This document shows positions 12,419-25,055 of a stretch of 64,000 nt of DNA, one piece after another (positions within the stretch are counted from its first letter, which is position 1; each line of letters begins with the position of its first letter). The notes beneath the pieces are model-generated. The model had not been told where the DNA came from. It ran no database searches and worked only from the letters and a program-made list of their open reading frames with translations. Both the position numbers and the translations under genes were made by a program. Location of the stretch: NCBI RefSeq assembly GCF_018350175.1, contig NC_058379.1, positions 19,220,001 to 19,284,000 of the forward strand. Reading direction: 5' to 3'. The stretch comes from Felis catus (taxonomy: Eukaryota).

Positions 12419-14587
12419 CTGGGACACGGCCAGATTTGTCTGTCTGGGAAAATCTGGGCCACAGCTTCAGCCGAACCCCCCCATTCCTAGGAGTGGCCCA
12501 GAGCCACGCCTGCAGCCCCTGCAGAGCTCCTCAGGGTGCCTCTGAACTGGGATTGGGATCTGGGGGAGGGCACCTCCAAGGAAGAGCAGAGACAAGAAAG
12601 GGGCAGGAGAAGGCAGAACTCTCATGCTCAGAACTCTCATGCTCACCTAGTCCCAGAGCAGGCAAGAAGCTGGCTGGGAGTCACTCAGCAACCCCATGGG
12701 ACCGTTGAAAGTGTCTAAGCAGGGTGGAGAGCAGGCTGTCCTCTAAAAGGTCCAGTCTGACAGGGAGGACAGCCCCAAGGGCTGACGTTGAGGAAGCAAG
12801 GAGACACAGCAGATGGCCTGTCAGCAGATGACTAAAGTTCACACAGCTCTGGGAGGGCCCTGGGTAGGAGATGGGAGGTGTTATGACAGCATGACTTCTG
12901 GGCTCCCCAAGGCAGTGGCAGCAGGTGAGGGGTGTGATCCCAACAGGGAAAGAGAGGTGTGGTGCCAGGGGCAAGGAGTCCCCCTCTCTTGGACACAGTT
13001 CTCTCCAAAGGGCAGGGTCTCCTGGCGAACACCCCTCCAGCAAGCCCCAGGCTGGGTACACCCCACCCCTGTCAAAGTGTCTGAACTCCAGGGCCAAACA
13101 CAATGTCCCAGAGATGGTTCCTGAGGCAATGCAGCAGAGGTGCCGCCAGCACCAGACCAGAACCAGGACCTGAGAGCCCTCACCACAGCCCTCAAGCAGA
13201 TGCCAAGGGTGACTTCCTGGAACACAGCCTGGGGCCTCGCGTCCAGACCGGTTCCACAGCCTATCTGGGAATGTCAGCACCTCGGGCCCAAGAACCCCCC
13301 TGAGCAGCCTGGAAAGGCAGGGCCCGGACCGCGCCAGAGCTGGTTCAAGCCACGCAGTCCAACAGTGCACACCTGGCCACTTGATACCCGCACCCAAGTT
13401 CCTGCATGTCCCTGACCGGGCCAACAAGGAGATCTCAAGCCAGGAGTAGGTGCATGCCCAGCCCAGGGACCTTGGACACTGCTTTCCATCCCCCTTTGGC
13501 CTCCATGTACCAAGAATAAGGATCAGCCACTCCCTGAGTCATTGCTCCATCCCTGGCTTCCTTGCTAGCTGTATGTAGGCTGCCCAGGAGCCCCCACAGT
13601 CCCTATCTGTAACACCTCAGCTATGACCACCCTGCAAGGCTGTGGCAGCTGACAGACAGGAAGAGCTATAGAGGTCTCATTGCCCCTATGGAGTATTGCT
13701 GCACACTCTGGGTCGCACAGTCAAAACAGGCCTTGTCTTGTTACCCACTGCCCTTGAACAGGCTTGGGATGGAATCCACTGGACAAATGCACTCCCATGA
13801 AATCTTCCACGGCCCCGGGACGGGGCGCCATGACTCAGCTCTTTTCCCCTGGACATCACCTGCAGACCAGGGTGACTGAGAAGATGGACAGGGCAGGCTC
13901 CAGGGACCAAGGCCCATAACCTGTCCCTGAGGGCTAGCCACCAGCCAGGATGTCAGGGGATTTGTGTTGCAGGCCAGTCAGCTGGCAGGGGTCTAGAGTG
14001 GAGAGACACAGGGCTCTGTCCCTAGCCTAAGCCTGCTTAGCCACTTCCTCCTCACCTGGGAAGGCATAAGACATGGCAGTGTCAGCAGCAGCTCGAGGGT
14101 AGGAAGAATGTCTGAGCGGGCAGAGGATGGCCCCACCCAACAGGTGATCCCAGGAGGGTCCCAACAGGAAAACCGCATCCTGGGGCAAGGTGAGGGACCA
14201 AACACTGTCTGTGACGGAGCACAGATGAAGCCTAGCAGCAGCTGCAGGCCCCAGAGAGGAGAGTCCGGAGGAAAGGTATCTCATTAAAGGCTGTGTCAAC
14301 AAACACCCGAGGTACAGAACCAAGAACCTTCCTTACGTGGTGAGCGTGTCACGTTTTATTCTGGTCAGCCCCCCAACCCCTACATGCTGAAAAGCGACCT
14401 GAGGGGAGTCAGTCTGGGGAAACCATGCCACCCTAGAAAAGGCTGCAGGGGCTGGGCTGAAGAGTCTCCTCCAGACCCCATGGCTCCTGTCCTAGGCACA
14501 GAAGATGGTAAGCTCCCCGTCCCCAGGAATGTGCAAGCCTCACCCACCAGAGATACTGACTTTGCCATCAGCACCACCCCCTCCCAA

Positions 14588-14620
14588 TACACACAGACAC
14601 ACACACACACACACACACAC
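14588..14620 (+). repeat. (CA)n microsatellite
   Basis: Directly visible. Confidence 0.95.
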
Positions 14621-16632
14621 GCAAGCTGAACCTAGGCTGAGTGGAACAGGTTCCCAGGATGCATCAGAGAGTGGAGCATGAGGAAGCTTAAGGATTCTCT
14701 GTTAATCCTCCAACCCAGTTGTCACCTGACTGTGTCACCACCACCTCAGAGCCACAGTCCTGGTGCACGGTCCTAGACCCATTCACAGACAGGAAACCAA
14801 GGCTTAGGTTGAAGCAACTTGCACAAGTTCAGCTGGCCCCCGAGGGAGACATGTGGACCAGCAGGTGGGCCCAGAACCCATGCCCCTGGCCCTAACACCA
14901 CCAGCATCAAGGAATCGTCCCCATCGCTGACCCCAGGCATGAGAACATAGCTCTCAGCAGCTTCCTGAGCCCTGCCCGCCACTGGACTGGAAGCTTACCA
15001 TTACCCAGGCCTGGATTTGGGATCTGTCTCCCTTGATGCCCACCCTGGTGGCATAAGGTTGAGAATTAGAAAAAGTCACCTTCCCCAGTACTTGATTACC
15101 GCCATGCCAGATACCTGTTGAAATAGCTAGGCATGCCTGCAATGACCACAAGGTGGTGGGCACCCCCTAGAGTTGTGCAATGACCCTTGCACAACTGAGC
15201 CGGTTTCAGGCCCCACCATAGCCACAAACCAGATCCTGGAGAGGGGCAAGCATGGCCAGAGGACCCAGCGCCTCAGCCCCCATCATGGGTCCCCTACCCC
15301 CCTGCTGCCAGATCCTCCTGGGCCTCAGTTTCCCCATGCTGCACCCCTCCCACTTAATTCCAAAACGTCCCCTTCTTTAGAGCAGTCCAGCAGTTCCACC
15401 CGGCCCTCCTCCACCCACCCCACACCTGTGACACAGTGAGCCAGACAGCTTGGACAGGTAGTTTCAACCCCCCTAACCAGACAATAAAAAATCCGAGGCC
15501 TCTCCAGCCTGGACCCAGTCTGTGCAGCCCCTCTTCAGGGTCCATTCACACAAGCCCTGTCCCCTTCACCCTGAAGGTCCACTCACTCCCATTATGCAGG
15601 TATATAAACTAAGGCTCCAGCCTCTCCAGAGGAAGAGGCCAGCACATGGCAGAGCTGGGACTGGAACCCAGGCTTCCAGACAGATGCTTCTGGGAGGACC
15701 TAGCCTGAGCGACCCCAGCCTACAATGTCCAGCAGCTCAGAAAGAATGAGCTGTACTTTGGGGTCACACAGCACTGAGGCACAGCCTGATGCCCCTCCTG
15801 GCTCACCTGGCTCTACGCTGGTCCTCCTGCTGCTCTCCAGCACAGAGCTGAGTCCCCAGTGCCCCACTCTGACCCAGCTCCTCCCCTCCCTCCCCCTGCA
15901 GCCTGAGTGGAGGGAGGCTTTAAAGGCACAGGAACCTTGCCAGGTGGGAAGAGGGCTGGCTCCTAGCCCTGTCTCTGGGGCTGTGTGACCTGGGACAGCT
16001 GCTGGCCTCTTTGAGTCCCAGAAGATCCCCAATCCTGAATGAGAGACCTGAGCTTTGAAGCCTCCGTGGTGCTGAATGAGGCTAGGTTTCAGGCAGAGGT
16101 AGGTCAGGCCAGGGGCCCCTGGGAGGAGGTGGGACCCCTCAACTTACAATGTCTAGAGCAGGTTCACGTGGTGCTGGGGTGCAGCCAGATGCCCACCCAC
16201 TGGGGTTGGGAGTGTAAACCTCTGAATCCCCATCAGGCCTGAGGAATCCTACCTACTCCAGAACTCTAGAGTAGGAGATGCTCCTCCAAACATGTCCTCT
16301 CCCTGACCCTTGGGGCTACAGGGGGATTGTGTAGGGACTGTCACTCCAAAGGCCCTGGCCACCTGGACTGAAGGGAGTTACACGACCCAGGGGAGCCTCT
16401 CTTCATCCCCGACATTTCTGGGGTCATGAGCGAGAGGGTTGATGGAGGACACACAGCAGTGAGGGCAGGAGATAGAGTTGTTTGCTCATGCCCCTGCCTA
16501 CTCTGGCCCATCAAATGAGACAGGGTGGGTGCCTCATAGGGCTGACAGCCCCAAGACTCCCTGTGTCTGAGATCCACTTGTGGCCTGCTGTCTGCCAGAA
16601 CTGCCACCACTAGCACGGCCCTGGCTTCAACA

Positions 16633-16669
16633 CATTCATTCATTCATTCATTCATTCATTCATTCATTC
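16633..16669 (+). repeat. (CATT)n tetranucleotide repeat
   Basis: About 9 CATT units. Confidence 0.95.
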
Positions 16670-18469
16670 CTGCCTCTAAGCCTGGCCTGTCCAGATTCTC
16701 TTCTCAAGGAGCCCCCAGCAGGATTCTAGATGGGCTTAGTATGGCCAGCCAAGGAAGAGGAGGAGCCCAGGGCCCTGGAAGAGAGGCAGACACAGTGACA
16801 GGGGCCTTAAGAATCAGGGCAGAGCTGGGATTGGATTGGGTAGGACATGCCAGGTAGAGGGAACCACTTGAGCCTGGAAGCTGGCACTGGAGGCATGTCT
16901 GGGAGTAGTAAGGGCCTAAGGGAGCCTCTTGACCTCCCTGGGCCCTTCCTGAGCCCTGAGGTGTCAAGGCTAAGAAGGGAAGTGGCTGAGCTCAGATCAG
17001 ACCCTGAAGGCCAAGCCAGTGCATCTGGACTTTGAGAGCCCCAGGAAGCTGGTGAATGTGTCACCTGGCTGGGTAACCCATTAACTGCAGCTCACTCATT
17101 AAGACCCTGGTGGGTGACCAGAGGGTAAGGGCCGTGGGAAGAAAGGAGTGTTAATGGCTGGGGACTGGCCGAGATGGTTTCTCTGTGCTCTGTGTTCTTG
17201 TTCCTTGAGGAGTTTCCTGGGCAAGGCTGGCCTCCAGCCAGGGATTGCTGACAAGGCATCATGGGGGGGGGGGGGATGGTGAGCGGTGCCATCCCACCAT
17301 CCTGATGCCTTTTATCTCCTAACCACACATACTATGTAGGCACCAGCAACCTAGGGTACCCCAGGGGTCTTGGTCAGACAGGAGGGAATAGGGGGGCTGG
17401 GCACCTGGCCCATCTCCTCCTCTGAAAAATGAGGAACCACAGTGGCCTCCAAGGTCCTTCCTGTTCTGACAGACTCTGGTTTGCCCCAGCTCTGTGTCTG
17501 GGAAAACAAGGCATTGGTGGAGGAAGAAGGGTAGTCAAAGGAAACCACGACGTGAGAGAGGAAGGGACTTGCCCAAAGCCATTACGTAGGACAGTGACCC
17601 ATGACATGGGGAAGGCCTTGCAAACCACTTCCTGCAAGTAGTACCTCATTGCAGCCTCCATCATGCCCCACCCTGCTGTCACATCCTGGAAGAGGCTCTG
17701 CCTGAGCCTCAGGAAGTGCCAGGTGAACCTCCTGCCCCGGGTGGGCCACAGCTGGTAGAGACACAACATCCCAAAATGCAGTCAGGAGCCTCACACTGAG
17801 TGAGCCAGGAAGGCAAGTCCAGATGCAGCAGTGCCTGACCTGTCCTCCAGAACTGCTGGGACAGGATCTCAGGACCCACTGGGAGCCAGGAAACCTGATA
17901 TTACAACAGGCATTTTGTGTCCCCTGGTATCTGCACCAAGGACACATTTGGTAAACTGGCTAAATACAAGTGACTTTGATGCCAAACATCATAGCATCTT
18001 AATCAACTTTAGGATCACAGAATCTCAAATGTTTGGTCTCTGATCTCCTGTCTCCAACACCCCAAAAAGGTTGGCTTGCATACTTGCCTTGACAGGGACC
18101 TCACTACCTTTAAAGACAGCAAGACTGTGGTTGGTTGGCAAGTTCTTCCCAATGTCAAGCCCAATTTGCCTTCTTGGAATGCCTTCTGCAGTTGTGAGAG
18201 TTGGCATGCTTTAAGGTGGGCTTGCCTCACTTCCTGCCCACCGTCTGAGGCCACAAGCAGAGGAGCAGGGGCCACCTCAGACCCTGTGGCTACCTGGCCA
18301 CAGCCTCCCTGAGCCACACAGACCACACTGACAGGATAGAAGGAAGACTCTAGCTCGGTGAAGAGACTGGTGCTGTCCAGGGGTAGCAGAGAGGCAGAGC
18401 CCCTGTGCTCCCAGAGCCTGGCTGCCAGCTCCCAGCACCATCTGAGGCGTTCGCCGTTGCAGCACCTAC

Positions 18470-18539
18470 CTTTGATGTGTGGAAGAAGGCTGGAGCACTG
18501 CCAGCGTGTGGGCCTTCAGAGATGTCAGCTCCTTAACGC
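18470..18539 (-). other. GGT1: Candidate GGT1 5'UTR exon (70 nt)
   Basis: Acceptor CATTCTCAG| at 18540; donor AAG|GTAGGT at 18469. Confidence 0.35.
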
Positions 18540-20099
18540 CTGAGAATGTCTGGCTGCAGGGCTAGTCTGGCACCTGGTAGACCAAGTCCAACTCCCAAAC
18601 CCAGAAGCAGGGTAGCAGCACAGCCAAAAGCATGGGCTCAAGAGTTCCTAGGTTCAAATTTGACCCCTGCCACTCATGGCCCAGGGTCTCCTCTTCCTGC
18701 CCTCAGCTTTCTATCTGGAAAGCAGGAATCATTAAAATAATTGTTGGGTGGATTCACTGAAATGGCTGTGCACAGGCTATTGTCAGCGCCCGCTATCTCC
18801 ATGGTTCCCACGCCCAGGCCGGCAGCAGCCTCTGTCCTTGCCTGATGAGCAGCTCAGGGCTAAGAGGTCATAAATGTCCCCCTCCTGCTTGCCCTGCCCT
18901 CTTTGCCCACGGCACTCTGAGCAGGTAGCATTTACCATATCACCTCGTAATTATCTGCAGTGTCTGGGAGCTCCAAGGGGTGGAGGAGAAAGGCTGAGCC
19001 GTCCACGCCCCAGCCCCCACCCCAGGGTATGGCCTGGTCTTGTCTCCCTCTGAGGGGAGTCGCTGGCTGGAACCTGCCTGTCCACACGCCTCTCCACCCC
19101 CACCCCCTACTCCCAACCCTCCATGGGGGGTGAGTGGACTTGTGGTTCCCCTAATGCCAAAAAACACCCAGTGCTTCCCCGCCCCCCCCCCCCAGCCCCG
19201 CATGCTCTGCTAGCCCTCCATCCTGGCTTCTCAGAGCCCCCACCCCCTGCCATCTCATTTCTGGGCCTCCTGCACCACTTCAAGCTGAACTCCTTTGCTC
19301 TCAGAGTCCTGCTTGCAACATTTTATGGGCTGATGTTTTAGATGCCTCAGGTCAACATGCCTGCCTAAACCTGAACTAAGTAACAACCGTCCCCATACCT
19401 CCACCAACCACATTAGCTTAGCCTGCCTAGCCCCAGAGCCTCCTTCCCAAACTCACTGGTCCCCCAATGTAGCGGCCTCACCTCCACATCCTCTCCTGGC
19501 TGCTCCTGACCCCAGCTCCCCTCACCTGGCAACTCCTCCTCAGGGTCCGCAGCCCCTCCACTGTTTCCCTAAGGTAGCCCCAGTGCTGAGCATACAAATC
19601 TGAGCACATCCTCTCTCACTAGAAACCCTTTAAAGGCCCCCTTTGCCCTCCAGATAAATTCCAGTCTTGCTAGGGCCCCACCCCTTCCTCTGTAAAGTTC
19701 ACCCTATGCTCTCTGCTGAGACTTCAAGCTGGCACTCTTCCTTCAGACCCCAACCTCAAAGCAACCTCTTCCAGAAGCCCTCCCCCTCCTCCTGGTCAGC
19801 TCCTGTAGTGCCCTGCAGCCCCCATCAAGGTTCCCCACATCTGTGGAGTAGCTGTTAGATTGACTTCCTGTGTCTTAGTCTCTGCAGTATCCACAGGGCC
19901 CAAAAGTCAGCACTGAATTGACCAATGAAGGCTGTGGGTGGCTGAGTGGATTCCGTATAAAGCCACGGAAAATCAATTTGTAAAAACACTGCTGTATGCT
20001 GGACTTTTGCTTTGTTGTGTCTAATCCTACAATAAGATGCCGGACGGGCACCCTATTTTCCCCGTGTTACAGATGAGGAAATACGGTTGTAGAACCTAC

Positions 20100-20488
20100 T
20101 GTAGTGAGTTGAATAGCACCCCCCCCCCAGTTCATATCCACCGGGACCTCTGAATGTGACCTTATCTGGGAATAGAGTCTTTGTAGATGTCATTAGCGTG
20201 GGCCTCAAATCCAATAACCAGTGTTCTTATAAGAAGGCCATGTGAAGAGAGACACACAGACACAGGTAAGAAGGCCAGGTGACAATGGAGACCCAGGTTG
20301 GAGGGCTATAGCTAGAAGGCAAGGAATGCCTTGGATGCCAGCAACCGCCATCGTTAGAGCCTTCAGAGAGCCCTGCCAATGCCTTGATTTCCAGCTTTCA
20401 GTCTCCAGAACTGTGAGAGAATAAATTTGTTGTTTTAAGTCACCAAGTTTACAATAATTTGTTATAACAGCCACAGAAAACGAATACA
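20100..20488 (+). mobile_element. MaLR solo LTR (MLT1-type), inserted in a MIR
   Basis: TG...CA ends, GAATGTGACCTTAT and AATAAATTTGTTGTTTTAAG motifs, near-TSD CCTAC/GCTAC. Confidence 0.8.
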
Positions 20489-20560
20489 GCTACCTACTTT
20501 ACCTAGTTTGTTCACCCAAAAAGGGACAGGTCCAGGGGATTCTAATCAGTTCTGAGATGA

Positions 20561-20765
20561 GGGGCACCTGGTGGCTCAGCCAGTTGAGGGTCCAATGCTT
20601 GATTTCAGCTCAGGTCATGATCTCTCGGTTTGTGAGTTCCAGCCCCACACTAGGCTCTGTGCTGACAGTGCAGAGCCTGCTTGGGATTCTCTCTCTCCCT
20701 CCCTCCCTCCCCCCCCCTCTCTCTCTGCCCCTCCCCCACTCTCTCTACATATCAATCAATCAATC
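20561..20765 (+). mobile_element. Can-SINE
   Basis: SINEC head and body. Confidence 0.9.
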
Positions 20766-22474
20766 TTTCATTGGTCCTGAGCCTATACCCATGCCCCCCC
20801 CCCCCATAGGGATCCCTGGCCCTGACACAAGCTTACAACACAGCCCTGTAGAGCCAGCTCCAGAAGACATTGTTTCCATTGAGTGTCTGCTTCTTTCCTC
20901 CTAGTGAGTTCCAAAACCATCCTGCATCCTTCTTTGGAGCGGCTGCCAAGAGGCTCACTGTCACCTGGCTACCTGCTGAGGTACCATGAACCTTGCCAGT
21001 ATCTGGTCTTGGACTACCCCACTGGGTGGATAGAGAAGAGCCCTAAAGGTGGGGCAGGTTCAGTTCCAGCCACAGCCCTTCTCCCCTCCCACTGGGTCAC
21101 TGGACCTTGTTCCTTGTCACTCCAGCTGGGCCACCACATGGGGTGGCCAAGAGCTTGGGAAGCCAAAGGTGTGACTGTCACCGCTACTTGTCTCTTGGCA
21201 AGCCCCACTTAGGGCCCAGGATGCCGCCAGCAGGGCCTGGGGTTCAGCTGTGTCCCTCCCACCTGATTCTCTGGCTCCCCAACTTCCCACCTCACTGGCT
21301 GTCCAGGGAGCCCATACAAGTCACTGAAGCTCCATATCAGCCCTAGGTGCTGAGAGGGCAACATCATAGCACCCCCCTACCCACCCACTCAATGGGGTCT
21401 CCACAAATACAGGCCTACTGCCCAAGGCAACTCCACGGAGAGAGGCCAGCAGCCTTTACTTAAATATACATGGAGGCCAGTAAGGGGGAATGATGCCCCC
21501 CTCTCCTGAGGGCAGAACTCTGTCTCTGGGGCCTCCTGCCCGAATCGGGTTAGGCCAGAAACACTCCCTAAGAGCCAACTCAACCTAACCACCCCCACAG
21601 GAGGCAGAGGGAGGCCCATCTAGGGATCCAGGTCCAGTCACCACCTCCCTCTTTTTCTGGGAAAATGTCCTCCAGGAATCTCTCAGCCAAGAACACAGAG
21701 GGTGGGGTGGGACATGAGGGGTGGGGCTGAGGGGCAGTTCTCTGCTTTCCACAGGACTCTAACTCTGGGCACCCTCCTGTGCCACTGCCTGGGTTGCCCC
21801 CTCTGTGACAACCAAACTCAGCCCTGTCTCTCCCCTGCCCCATACCCCTGCCCTGGCTCGGCCTTCTCATGTTTGAGGGGACAATGTCCAGGCCTGGCTC
21901 AGCCTCTGGAAGGATAAGGTCAGGATTTGGGAGACATCCCAGCTCTGGCTCCAGCCCCAAGCGTATAAGAGGAGAGGGAGGGGGTTCTTACCAGGCTGCC
22001 AGTCTGGACAAGGGGTCTGAGAGGTCCCCGGAGCAATGAGGCTGCTGCTTAAATCTCTGGCCCCAACACCACCACGTCAGGTCAGCGAAAGCGCCTGGGC
22101 TCTGGAGGGAGGCAGGCCAAATGGTCATGCAGGTTTGCCAGGGAGGAAACCTGTGGTGCCAAGGTGGCCCCAGGACAATACTGGCTACAGAGGGGGAGTA
22201 GTGGAGGCTGCTGGGTCCAGCAGGCAGACGGCAGAGGAGAAGGGAGCCCAGGATAGAAAAGCCCCAGGACCAGTCCCAATGGGGGAGCCCAAGCAGGCAG
22301 CAACAGGGGTTGGGGTTCAGTGAATGATCAAGTGACAAGGATACTAACTTGTCCTCTGTCCTGTATCAGGGGTTCAGCTTCAGGGGACCACAGATCCCAG
22401 CACCCTGTCCCCAAACACACTCCTGGGGGGCAATAGTTGACCCAAAAGAGAAGTCTGACTCTACCCTCACTTAC

Positions 22475-22583
22475 CATGTGCCCTCAGATGGCCACCCCTC
22501 ACCCCACGCACACCCCGTCTGTGCTCACCCCTCCTGAACCTGTGCCCAGGCACACTGTCCTCACAGGCTGGACACACACTCTG
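22475..22583 (-). other. GGT1: Candidate GGT1 distal 5'UTR exon
   Basis: Strong acceptor CCCTATTTCCACAG|CAG and consensus donor ATG|GTAAGT at 22474. Confidence 0.4.
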
Positions 22584-23189
22584 CTGTGGAAATAGGGTGT
22601 CTAGAGCCCTCCTGCTCCAAATGTCCCAGGGAGTATGAGGGCCCAGAGCTGGGAGGGGAGCCTCCAGGAGGCAGCAGGCCCCCAAGTAGGCCCCTAGAGC
22701 TGGGTGGGTCCCTAGCCCAAACCTGATCCATGCAGGAGCCAGGGCTTCCCCTCCTCACACTGCCTCCCCGCCCCTGTCAAGCTGGAAGACTGAAGCCTGG
22801 GGCAGATACAGCTGGCCTGCTTCCAGCCTGCCCAGAGCTAGGTTTAGGGGTTTAACCAGGACTCTTCATCCTGTTTGCCTCCCAGGCCTGGGCCAAAGGG
22901 AGCCCAGCCTGCTCCACCCAGCCTGCCCAGGCCTCCCCCAGTTAGGCAGGGAGGGGCAGTAAATATTTGTCAATGCAGGAATGTCTACACAGGTGGACAG
23001 GTCAGATACTATGATTGTCCCATGGCTGGGAAATTCCAGAAGGCAGGTGATGGCACTGCCTAAGGCTGGCAAGGGAATTCCTCCCCCCCCCCCCCCGCCG
23101 CCCCGACCCCCACACACCCCTCCCCGACTCGGAGTCCAGTGCTCTGCACCACCAAAGCAACTGCTCCACAGTCAGCATAGAGGCCACTA

Positions 23190-24010
23190 GCCAAGCGCCA
23201 CCTCGCCCGGCCCCTGCTCAGTGCCTCCCCAAACGACTCCAGGCCCAAACGACAGAGCTCCAGAGCCCGGTCTAGCGCGGGCCCGGGACTCCACTGGCCA
23301 GACCTCCCAAACCGAGAGTTTGGGAGCTCTGGGGGCCCCAGCAGCAACCCCGCCCTCCTCCTCCGCTGCGGCCCCGCCCGGGCGCGCAACCTCGGACCCT
23401 GCGCTCCCCACCCAATGCAGCCCGGGCCGGGCGGGGCGGGGCGGGGGGTTGGGGCCGGAGGCGGGGCGCCGACGACCGGACTGCCTCCCGCTCCGCGCCG
23501 GCAGCGCAGCGGCCATGGGGGCGCGGCTGGGCCGGCGGACCGGACCCGAGGCGGCCTCGGAAGCCGGGGCGGCGGCGGGGTGCGGGCCCGCGCCCTATGA
23601 GCGCCGGGTGCGCTGGCTCCGCGAGATCCAGTCCACGCTCCGCGAGCGGCGGCCCGAGCGCGCGCGGCAGCTGCTGCGCCTCCTGCGCCAGGCGAGAGAA
23701 GGAGCGGGTCGGCCCGGGGCTGGAGGCCGGGGAGGGGCCAGAGCTGCAGGCGGCGGGCCTGGAAGGGGCCGGGAGGTGCTGCGGAGTTGGCCCCGGGCAC
23801 GTGAGGCAGGGCTGGCCCCGGACGGGCGCACCGGCCGGGAGGGTTCCGAGGGGAGCATACGACTGGCCGAGGAGGCTGGGAGTCCTGTCTGGGCGAGAGG
23901 GCGAGGGAGGGAAAACAATCGGCTAGAGTGAGGACGAGTGAGGCTCCGGGGGTGGGGTGGGGTGGGGTGGGGTGGTGTGAGCGTGGAAGAGAGGGCCGCG
24001 ACGGTGTCCA
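23190..24010. promoter_or_regulatory. CpG island / LRRC75B promoter with GC boxes
   Basis: Very high GC and CpG density; tandem GGGGCGGGG Sp1-type boxes at ~23430-23447; CCAAT at ~23412; covers exon 1. Confidence 0.85.
23515..23691 (+). CDS. LRRC75B: Leucine-rich repeat-containing protein 75B, exon 1
   Basis: GCCATGG Kozak; MGARLGRRTGPEAASEAGAAAGCGPAPYERRVRWLREIQSTLRERRPERARQLLRLLRQ; 177 nt; donor reads CAG|GCGAGA (GC). Confidence 0.88.
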
Positions 24011-25008
24011 CCTTTCTGGGGTTTGAGAGTTCAGTTGTGTGTGTGTTGAGGGTGCCCCCAAGCCCGGAGCGAAGAAGACAGATTCATGCCTTGGCAGGAA
24101 AGGAGTGGCAAGGGGATGGTGGGAGGGGGACGACATCTTGTACTGAGGGGCAATGAATGGGAAGAGGGCAGCTCCCGGCTCCTCCATGGTGGGGGCGGGG
24201 GCGGGGGGAAGGCACTGCATAGGACCCTGGAGAGAGGACCTGGGAACTGGTAGCCCAGCTGGTCAGCCGTGCAACCTCACCATGACACTATGGCAGCCCA
24301 GACAGAGCTACAACTCACATCACCCATCCTAACAGGCAGCTCACACTCATTGAGTACATACACCTGGCATCTGTGCATCACAACACCACATCTGGACAGG
24401 GTGAGAGCTGGGCGTGGGCACCCCTGGTCCCACACACACCGGGTACCTGAGCCAGCCTGGGGTGCCCTAGTAGAAGTGGGTTCTGGTCCCAGCATCACCA
24501 CTGGGCAAACCACTTCCCTCTCTGGCCACATCCCCATTTCCCACAGCAACTGCCACCGCAGCTGCCCTGTACTGCAATCTGAAATTAGCCATGCAGGTGT
24601 TTGGCCTGCAGGTGGATGATAGAGATGGGAAACTGAGGCTTGGAGAACAGTGGTGAGCCTAGAGCCACAGAGCAAGTTAGGGGACAGTCAAGACAGAAGC
24701 TTCTAGTCTCCCAGCCTCACTCCTGCTGCACTGGGTTTCCTTTCTCTGGGCCCAGTGGGCTGGAAAGGTGGGGCTGGCCCTTTAAGAGGAGCTGTCCAGA
24801 CCAGCAGAAGGCGGGCTGTGGCTGTAGTCTGGGGCCCTGTCTGGGTCAGCCCAGGCTTACCAGCTAGCCCTCTCTTCTAGATCCTCCCTAGCTGGCATTT
24901 GTGACTTGAATGGTGTTTAAAATGCAAACAGCAAAGCAGCACTAAATCAGCTAGACCATCCAGAGGCACAGATCTTTGGGATGGCATCTGGACCCTAAAG
25001 CACCAGCA

Positions 25009-25012
<4 letters not shown>

Positions 25013-25051
<39 letters not shown>
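25013..25051 (+). repeat. Poly(T)39 tract in LRRC75B intron 1
   Basis: Directly visible. Confidence 0.95.

Positions 25052-25055
<4 letters not shown>

Noticed and set aside
12614-12645. 15-bp tandem duplication CAGAACTCTCATGCT x2 (similar local duplications at 36908-36962 and 40490-40540)
   Set aside because: Simple slippage duplications; no array or spacer structure, nothing CRISPR-like.
12681-13427. 248-aa ORF and other 100-230 aa ORFs in GGT1 introns and 5' region
   Set aside because: No recognisable domains or consistent splice structure; many begin at non-ATG starts from the ORF caller.
23060-24220. 386-aa minus-strand ORF across the LRRC75B CpG island
   Set aside because: Low-complexity Pro/Arg/Ala/Gly sequence antisense to a real exon; stop codons are scarce in very GC-rich DNA.
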